A stretch of DNA of 60,585 nucleotides, counting the filler, from Bipalium vagum (lineage: Eukaryota), in NCBI GenBank assembly GCA_037834085.1. It is 3 parts of 3 records of this genome, joined end to end, with 100 filler letters (N's around TTAATTAATTAA, not from the genome) between each part and the next. Parts side by side here need not be neighbours in the genome. Positions count along the whole stretch, not along the records: positions 34,375 to 60,585 come from JBBMKC010153641.1; 2 more parts are not named here. One strand, 5' to 3'. Within the stretch, counting starts at the first letter, position 1, and every line of letters begins with the position of its first letter. A program made the position numbers and the translations under genes. Below the pieces are notes generated by a model that worked only from the letters and a program-made list of their open reading frames with translations, was not told the DNA's origin and did not search any database. This document shows positions 51,570 to 60,585 of this stretch, piece after piece.

Positions 51570-53633
51570 ATCCATGAAGCAATTATGAATGATCGAAAAA
51601 TCAAAATCCGCGAGTGTTTGGAAAATAATTCACGATGAATTGGAAATGAAAAAGCATGTCGCAAAATGGATGCCATGCACTTTGACAATCGACAAAAAGC
51701 AACAACGAGTTAATGATTAAAAGCTGTGTTTAAGTGTTTTTAATGGAAAATCAAATGAATTTTTGCCTAGTTATATAATAGTTGATAAAAAGTGGATACA
51801 TAACTATTAGGTAACCAATAAAGTTCGTGCGGTTTTAGCTAAAAAAAAAACAAAGATTTATTTTAAAACACAAATACAATATCAATCATCGAAATAATCA
51901 CCGCCACACTTTATAATATTCTGCAAACGTGTCACTAAATGTTGTATACCGGTTTTGTAAAAATCTTTCGATTTGGAATCAAAAAAACTCCGGACCTCAT
52001 CGATAACACCATCTCGAGTTTGGAATTGCCGCTATCTCATAAAATTGTCCAGAGATAGGACAAGATGGTAATCATTTGGGGAAATATCTGGAGAATAAGG
52101 TGGATGTGGTAATGTTTCCCGCCAAGCTCAAAATTTTTTTCTTGAGTTAATCTTGCGATATGAGGTCTGGCGTTATCTTTTAAGAAAAGCACATTCTTTC
52201 GATTGATCAAAGAAGGTTGTTTGTTTTACTCGCTCAAGCTGATCACAATAGACTGCAGCGGTGATGGTTTGACCACTTTACAAGAATTCATAATGAATAA
52301 TTCCTGCTGCTGTCCACCAAACACACAATAAAATCTTTTTTGGATGTAAGGGGTTTTTGGAGTATGCGGTATTGGAGCAGTTGAGAATAACCAATGACGA
52401 GATCGCTTATTATTGCTAAATAAAAGCCATTTTTCGTCGCAGGTTAATAATCGTTCGAGATAGAACTCTTTTTTATATCTTGATAAGTTTGCTGAACAAA
52501 CGGAAAAGCGGCTTATTTTTTTGAATTCTGAAAAATCATGTGGGACAATTAATTTCCACTTCTTCCCCAACTGGTGAAGGTGAATCCGAATGGTGTCATC
52601 GCTCACATTGAACATTTTTGCAAGCTCTAAGCACTTTAAACTGGAATTTTCATCGATCACTTCTTTGAGATTGTTGTTATCAATAATCGTTGGTCTTCCA
52701 GAACGTGCTTCATCGGTTAGGCTGAAAACCTCCAATGAAAATTTTTGAAACCACTTTTGTGATGCACGATCGCTTACAGCATCATCTCCAAACGTCCTTC
52801 ATTTTTATTCGCGCAGCTTCGGCAGCTCTCGTGCCAAGTTTGTATTCATAGAGTAAACTACTTCGAATTAGCGCTTTTTGGGAGGCAATTTTGACTAAGT
52901 AATTGAACTTTTTAATAATCTTTTCTAATTTTTTTAAAAAAATCAATTGAAAAAAAAAAATTACCTAACCGAAATAAAACAATATAAATAATTCCTATCA
53001 ATAAGTATCAATAAAATCAAAAAAACCCGCACGAACTTTATTGATTACCTAATACATACCGTAATCATTACGATAGTCAAATCAATGGGTAAGACCCGGT
53101 GAAAGTGCTCCACACCGGCCAAAATCACAGCAGTCACCTAGAAAGGTTATGGGAACTGTTTTTTGGGAGACCTATGGAAAACTATTCATTGATTTTCTTG
53201 AAAAAGGGAAAATTATAAAGGACAATATTATGCAGTATTATTGGATCAATTAAATAATATAATTTAAGGAAAAAGACCACGTTTAGCAAAAAAGGTGATG
53301 ACAAGTGTAATTTCAAAGGCTAAAACTGCGCTACAATTTGCTTCCTCATCTATCGTATTCTTAGGACTTAGCACCTAGGGACTTTTTCTTATTCACAAAC
53401 TTCCAAAGATGGCTCATTGGTAAAAGATTTTACACAAATGGTGAAGTCATATTTGAAACTAGAGTATATTTTGAAGTGTTGGAGAAATCTTATTTTTCAG
53501 AGGGTAAAAAACACTTGAGGGTCGATGGAAGCGAGTATCTTCCTAATATATAACTATGTTGAATAATAAAACTTGTTCAAGTCTTAAAAATAGTTTTTCT
53601 TTGTTAGGCCAGGGACTTTTTGAACGACCTAGC
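51570..53633 (+). mobile_element. Himar1/irritans-like mariner relic interrupted by a younger mariner
   Basis: KWMPCTLTIDKKQQRVND, IVDKKWIHN|YIP, KVMGTVFWE, HLSYS*DLAPRDFFLF; right end GGCCAGGGACTTTTTGAACGACCT. Confidence 0.8.
51807..53052 (-). mobile_element. full-length mariner (DD34D), 1246 bp, frameshifted transposase
   Basis: 30-bp TIRs TTAGGTAACCAATAAAGTTCGTGCGGTTTT and revcomp TTAGGTAATCAATAAAGTTCGTGCGGGTTT (2 mismatches), with TA TSD. Motifs RSGRP, LTCDEKW, DNARPH, HPPYSPDISPNDYHL. Confidence 0.93.
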
Positions 53634-53635
53634 AT

Positions 53636-53860
53636 ATGGGGTCCACCAGCAAAATCAGGACAAGGTTTGTTGTGAAAATATGAAGCTAATTAATCTGAAT
53701 TTAAAATATTTGTTTTCAGGTTTATAAATACGTATTATTTGAAAATCATGATAATAGAAAAAATAATGTCTGAATTTAATTGAACATCGGCAGTAATAGA
53801 AAGGCTACGAGCCGAAAGAATACTTACGGAAATTATCATTATTTTGGGTATCAAATGTCA
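53636..53860 (+). mobile_element. 5' remnant of a maT/DD37D-like element
   Basis: Terminus-like GGTCCACCAGCAAAATCAGGACAAG followed by MSEFN*TSAVIERLRAERILTEII. Confidence 0.4.
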
Positions 53861-53869
53861 ACAAAATCC

Positions 53870-54560
53870 AGTAAAGAATATTCACAAAATGATAATTTGG
53901 AAGGAAATAGGTAGACTGGTGGTACTCTTAGAACTATCGCGATAATCTGAATTTTAGACCAGCCAGAATAAAGACATTTTTTATGTTTATGGTAAAAAAA
54001 TAAGCTGAAATTCTCATTCTCAGTTTTCAGTTCATCAATACTGCAATAGGTAATTGCGACGACTCGCAAATGAATTTCGTTTTGAGGAATTCTTTGTCAA
54101 TTTTATTTTAACGTTGGATGCGTTCATATTAAAAAAACATTCTTTAAATATAGACCAAGCATGCCAGGCATTGTTAAAAGATCTGTAATACATTATTGGA
54201 AGATTATCATTTTTGAAGCACTTCGATTTTCTTAAATTTACTGATGATCTTTAAGGGTAACTTATGCTGCCAGTACGCATTTGTGCATAACATCATATTA
54301 ATTTTTCCTTGTTAAACGACAAAAGTACTTTATTCTTTATTGTATACAGGTCCAGTCTCACCAGCATTATAAATTTGATCAAAAACCAAATCGTTTTCGG
54401 GTTGAAGCCAAAATGTGGTTTTGTTGCAACCCAGTTTCTCTCCATTTACTTTCAAAAGTCGAATTGACTTTCTTCATTTAAGTTTCGGTATCCATCCTGA
54501 ACTAGTTTTAAAACATGTTTTTTATATTATGAAATTTCGTTGCGTGACATTGTAATTTAT
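53870..54560 (-). mobile_element. possible piggyBac transposase relic
   Basis: An MSRN(E/R)F-like start and weak IDxxL and GxKIxI-like fragments; heavily decayed. Confidence 0.3.
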
Positions 54561-55909
54561 GCAGTGCTCTTTTGATTTCAGGATTTACTATTTTTCAAGC
54601 CCCTTAATATGTTATTATTTATATTTATTATTTATATATTATTTATATTTATATATTATTTTAATAGTTCTATTTTTACTATCGTGATCATAAATGGTCT
54701 CTTTATAGCTAATGATACTCTTAAGTACCTTGAATATTTTACAAATATCATTCTTTGAAATTTTATTTTCTAACTTTTAAATAATTTCTAATTTATTTTA
54801 GCAAGTTAATCTTTGTAGTGGCTTCATATAGCAATAAATAAAATTGTAAAAGTGGAATATTAAAACAACTTAAATAAGTTGCATTTAATCTGCAAAAAGT
54901 TGCGCATTGCGTTTGTTGCATTTTGTGAGGATGCAGTTGTGAGAATTCACTATATACAATAAAATATAAAAATAATAATAAATTCAATTTGGAAGCAATA
55001 ATAATACTGATAATATTTCTTTAATAAAAATTTAAAAATAGTTATAATATCGTAATAGTAAAAAACGATTATTTTTAATTTTTCACAGTTAAGCTGTTTT
55101 AATTAAGTACTAGTTTATTTTAATGCTTTTATGTGGCTTAGGCTGCTTATGTATCTTTTATTAGCGTAGCCAATGATGTCATTGATAATTAATTATCTTT
55201 CAACAGAATCAGCTGCAGTTGTTGCCTTTGAAGTTGCAAAGGAAGTGAATTATATATTCATTCAAAATTTTAAGGTCTAATTGAATGAAGCAAGCCACAA
55301 ATGAGTTCACAGAGCTGAGAAGAGAGCAGAAAATTGTTGGAAAACTAAGGCGTTATTGATAAAGAGAGAACGTGGAGATTTTGATCATTATTTTCTATAA
55401 AGTTACACTTGAGAACCAATTTCCACTGTATTTTTCATTTTCTGGGTAAAGACTCGGGTTCTATGGAACTTGGCCAACCACAACCGACCTAAGGACCCAC
55501 ACGCTATTACATTTTATTTCTTATATTTATTCTATTCACTTTGGTCATTTCGATTTATTATTACATCTGTCCATTTATTATTTTTAGGCTATTAGTATTT
55601 ATCTGCAATTATGTTATCTTATCCGATTTTATTCTACTCAATTATGAACCATTACTTGTACTTGTCCATTGTTACCATTTTACTGCCATTATTACTAAAT
55701 TAAATTCTTTTTCTTTTCTTCTTTTGGAGATAAAAAAAAATTAACACGTGTCACAAATAATATTTATTTAGCTGAAATTAAAACACATTAATTGAAACAA
55801 ATATATACATTATACTCACTTTCATGATCTTAGACATATGTTTAATTATATCGCGTGAAAAGTAGTATACGTTAGTTGGTCAATATGTATTGCAAAAAAC
55901 AAAAAAATT

Positions 55910-56850
55910 CAAAAACTAAAATTTAATTATAATAAGATGTCATTGTTTTTCAAAATACTCTCCTTCTTGGTCAATACATTTTTGCATACGTTTGAACCAA
56001 TTTTCAAAGCATTTTGTCGATAATGATACCGTTATCTCAGAAACATGAACTTAAATCGTGCAAAAATCATTGTCCACACAGGTTATTCTTCACATATGTG
56101 AATAAAAATAAATTGTTAAGAGTCAAATCAGGACTACACCGAGAATGTCCCATCATTTTTATTTTTTGGCTGTTCTAAAAGTCAGTTGTTTGTTGTGAAT
56201 TGTGTGAGCTGACATTGTCAAAGTGGAGAATGATGCAGCGCTTTGAATTGTTTTTCTTTATTTCTTCAAGGGCTTCTGGCAAGCAAATGTTTGTGTACCA
56301 TACAGAAAGTAACCATACTTTGAAGCTCTAGTGTCACAGTTGCGATATACCCAAATTTTATGAAAAACTGGGTACAATTTTCTTTGAGGTGGTTTAAGCA
56401 CGAATGACTTTTGTTGCCTTTGGTTCATCTTGGAAGACCCGTATAGACTGCAGTTTATTTTACGGATCATACTCATATATACAAGATTCATCACTTGTAA
56501 CGATATTGTAAATCACTGTTGAAGAACTGGAATTGAAATTCTTAAGAATTTCTTTAGGCAAATTCACACAAGCCACATTTTGAAAATTCGTTTATTTATG
56601 CCGGATTCAACTTGCACACAGTTTTTTACAGGCAAATGTTTATGCAAAATAGATATGCTAGTCATACAAGACCCCAAAGAGACCTGAATTTCGCTTCTAA
56701 ATTCATTAAACCAACGATATGTAGTGGGTTTGTATGGAGCTTGATCTTCAAAAGTTTAAATAAGTTGATTGGTGTATTGTTGCTGAGATAATCCACATCG
56801 AAAATTAAATCATAGCACGAAAATTATCGAAACTTAATTCAATTTTTATA
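55910..56850 (-). mobile_element. decayed mariner element
   Basis: FRCGLSQQQ...FEDQAPYKPTTYRWFNEF, LHFDNVSSH, C-terminal RMQKCIDQEGEYFEKQ*. Confidence 0.8.
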
Positions 56851-57469
56851 CCGAGAAGTAAATTTTGATATTGATTTTGATATATTTTAAATAATCCAAT
56901 TGTTATATAAACTTGTTAATGTAGATAAACAAAGTCAAATTTTATGACAATTCAGTCAAATCAAACATATGTATTGTCAGTTCGCAATACAAATCGAGCA
57001 ACTTAGGTATAAACAAATGTATATCAATATTAAAAATGATTTATATTCATAAACTGGATTATCGTTTATAAAATCGTCATTTTCAACTTGTAAACCTAAT
57101 ATATTAGGGTTTCGAATTATTGTAACACACGTGGAGTCAATTTTTTTTATAGAAAGTATTGTGAAAGGGATAATTAAGCGTTACCTTGAGTTTATTTGTG
57201 TTAGATTTAGGTTGTGTTTTGGAGATTTGTTAACTTCTTTTATGATTATGACACATTGGGAACAGTTTGGACGTCTGCATTGCGAATTGTGAATATTTTT
57301 TGTGGAAAAATAAAAAAATTTTATATCAAAATGTATTATTTTATTTGTCTATAAGATTATTATTGAAACTAGTCAAATAAAAGTAACAGAATAAGAGCAG
57401 CTTAGCTTTAAGGTTATTCAAATCTATAAGACCATATTTTTATAAATATAAATAATAATAATATAAGGA

Positions 57470-57950
57470 AAAATATAAAGGCTGTTCAAAATGTACGTCC
57501 GAATCGAGGACAAAATCACAGTCTGATATGTGCTATTTGAGTTCTTGGTGTTGTTGTTCATGAATATATTAGGTCTTATAATGCTGAATTATTTATAAAT
57601 TTCATTGAAGAAAAACTTGCTCCCTATTTCCAATTAAATCCTGATAAAATACATATTATGGATAATGTCAGTTTCCAAAATACAGCATCTTTTTTAGAAC
57701 TCCTCCGGGCAAAAAGAGTCGCCTATAAATATTTAGTTCCATATTCATCAGAATCAAACCCGATTAAAGAGTTTTTTCTGCTCTGAAATCCAGATTTGGT
57801 GCATTGCGCATAGCAAACGGAGAACTCTATTGGAGAATGTATTGACCAAAATCTTGCTCTAGAAATTGATTTTTCATCACTTTGTGCAGGTTTTTATAGT
57901 CACATGAAACAATGACTAGAACAGGGTCTAAGGCGTGAGCCTTTAATATA
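57470..57950 (+). mobile_element. IS630-like Tc1 (DD34E-type) transposase 3' remnant
   Basis: SYNAELFINFIEEKL...HIMDNVSFQ...YLVPYSSESNPIKEFF. Confidence 0.75.
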
Positions 57951-60417
57951 ATAACCCTGTAAATTTTGCTTATGTAAAAATATATTTGTTTTTATGAATT
58001 TTTGACTTATTTATTAACCTTTTAAATTCCTTGTTACTTATAGAACACACTATATTTATAGATTCGAATAATCATGTAATATCAACTATTAAAAGAAAGA
58101 TCTAATAAGATTGTTTAAAGAAAGCACGAGATAAAATTTAATGATGATATTTATTAATATTTTTTTAATCATTTTCATTTATTTATTGATCTACACGAAT
58201 TTTTGAATTTAATAAAATTTACAGAAAAGTAAATCACTTCATTAATTTTATAAATTATTAGTTGATTTAAAAAATTAATATTTTATTTTATACGTAATTT
58301 AAAAAAATATGCATATAATAATATTATTAATTTTTATTAATTATTAAATTAAAAATTATTTTAACTTTTGTTTTTGATATTGAATTTAATAAAGTTAATT
58401 TTAAAAATATTTCTATTAATTTCATAATAATTTTTAAAAATATTTCTTTTTTGTTGAAATAATTAATTTAAAATATAAGATTTAATTAATATTACAGTTT
58501 TATTTCACTATAGTTAAATCAAATTATTAAACTGACCAATAGAGTTAATTAGCATTGAAAATAAAATAAATTCTTTGTTTGAATGAAATGATCAATAGAA
58601 AAATGAAGAATAATTGAGTCAATAAAAGTAGCAGAGAAAATAGATGATTAATTTTAATGGTGTTTTATTAGGTAAGGCTGTTTGGAATCTTCATTTGAAG
58701 TCATTTTGCATAGTTGAAAAATTTCTGGTTGGAAAAATCAGGGGGGAAATGTTCGATTATGATGGCAATACCTTAAGCTTCATGTCACTAAGGGTAATTA
58801 GAGTCAATATTGAATTATTAAATCAAATTTTTCTCTACAAAAAATATAATATATACAATAATTATTTCAATTGACAGTCACATTTTCTGAAACACGGAAA
58901 TTAAAAATTAAACATTTTTATTAAATTAAAAAAAAATTATAACGAGGAAAGTATCTAAAAGATCATTGAAAATAATCTTTTTATAATTAAACAAACAATT
59001 TTCTCAATTAAAAAGAAAATATCAATCGTTTGTATTAATCGGTAAATCAATCAATATAAATAAATAATATAAAGTTCTCGATGAGATTTAAACAAATTAC
59101 TACTGAAAAATGCTTTTTGTCACAGAAAGTTTACCGGTAAAGTGTCATAAAAGATATGCAACCTCATTAGTAAAAAAGTCAACATTTAATGAGAAAATAT
59201 TGAAGAAGTACCATCAGCAGAAGAGTATTAACACAAAACGTTGGTCTCACATTGAATAAATTATTCAAAATTATAAATCAATAGCTTTTATTTAATTGTC
59301 AATGTTTAAATCAATAAAAATGATAAGTATGAGCCCTTCTCTCAAGTAGTCCACCAAACAATGACATCAATGAACATTTCCATTTCCCAATGTCATCGTT
59401 GTCATTAAAGAGCTCCACTATCAATCGAGGGAATCGGGTCCAAATGCCACATGTTTCGTTCACAGGAGAATTAATAATCGTTGTATAAATAATTACGGTT
59501 TTCATCAAAACCTTCGCATTTTACCTATTGGAAATACTACTTGGGAATCATTTTCCTTTTCCATCTCATGACGGATCTATTAATCAATCAAATTAACAAA
59601 AGAGCATTAAGAAAATAAAATGTTAAAAGAAAGACAGATATTGTTCTTTAATGTCACACTTATTTGTGTAAGAATTTTTTTTATAATAATTTTATATTTT
59701 TCCCCGATATCGGTACAAGAATATTATTGAGCAATAATAATTTTTTCGTTAATAAATTAATTAAATATTAATTTTTTTAATTATTATTTACAAAAATCAT
59801 TTTATTATATTTATATATTTTATATGTTGAAATGTTTTTGAGTATATAATTATAAAAAGTATTTTTTTAAAGAAAAATAATTAAATATAAAATAAATCAA
59901 AGAACGTTTTTGAATGATGTTTTTTATTTTATGGCAATGAAAAATTAAAACAATTAAAATAAAAAATAATAATATAATAATTAAAATAATAACTTATAAT
60001 TTAACATAAAATATATTTATTTATTAAAATTTAATAATTTTAGGAATAGAAAATTTCCATAATTCGTGGATTTCTTCAATAAATGACAAAAACAAAATTT
60101 AATGAAAAAGTTCTAATTAATATTTTAATGAAATCTAATACGCTTATTCCATGATAACGTGTCACTTCGAATATGAAGATAGGCACAGAAAGCAAATAAG
60201 GAATCAGTAGGGGTCGAAACTTATGAAAATACTCAACAGGAAATAAGAAATTTTAATCGTGACTTTGGTTATTTAAAGATCACATATTCCGAGAAACTGA
60301 GAAAAAATAAATAGAGAGGAATGACAATTATCAGTGGGTAACGCGGCTTGACCTGAGCTGAAAAAAATGCAACCCGCAATCACGTTTAGAAAATAAAAGT
60401 AATCATGATAAACAAAT

Positions 60418-60585
60418 GGCAATAATCAATAATAATAATAATGGTGATAATAATGGCGACAAAAATAATAAAAAAAATAAAAATAAAAATAATAGTAATA
60501 AAAATAATAATACTAATAATAAAAAATAATACTAATAATTATAATAATAACAATAATAATAGTAAATAATAGTAAATTAATAGTA
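60418..60585. repeat. degenerate (AAT)-rich microsatellite
   Basis: Imperfect AAT/AGT/ACT triplet repeats at the window end. Confidence 0.7.

Overview
This is very AT-rich eukaryotic (invertebrate-like metazoan) genomic DNA from a gapped assembly, not a prokaryotic locus. Two intact spliced host genes can be rebuilt by hand on the minus strand. One is a GT14/core-2-branching beta-1,6-GlcNAc transferase (GCNT-like, 3 exons, 24163-31671, ~432 aa). The other is an F-box/WD40 protein of the FBXW7/SEL-10/Archipelago type (5 exons, 35122-38344, ~454 aa). Most of the rest is decayed transposons: many mariner (DD34D) and Tc1/IS630-like (DD34E) relics, two clean nested insertions, a full-length DD41D (rosa/Visitor-type) element, hAT, Chapaev3-like, piggyBac-like and pogo-like remnants, and non-LTR retrotransposon relics. 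The most unusual object is a NeSL/R5/Utopia-like non-LTR element (43.4-46.5 kb). It has a degenerate PHD finger, a Ulp1/SUMO-protease domain and a CCHC plus restriction-like endonuclease, but apparently lacks its RT core. The window also holds an isolated 28S rRNA fragment with a mutated sarcin-ricin loop, a tRNA-Ala-like relic, a possible membrane-transporter fragment nested in the GCNT intron, and two small structured DNA islands. All family calls come from motifs read by eye; no database search was run.
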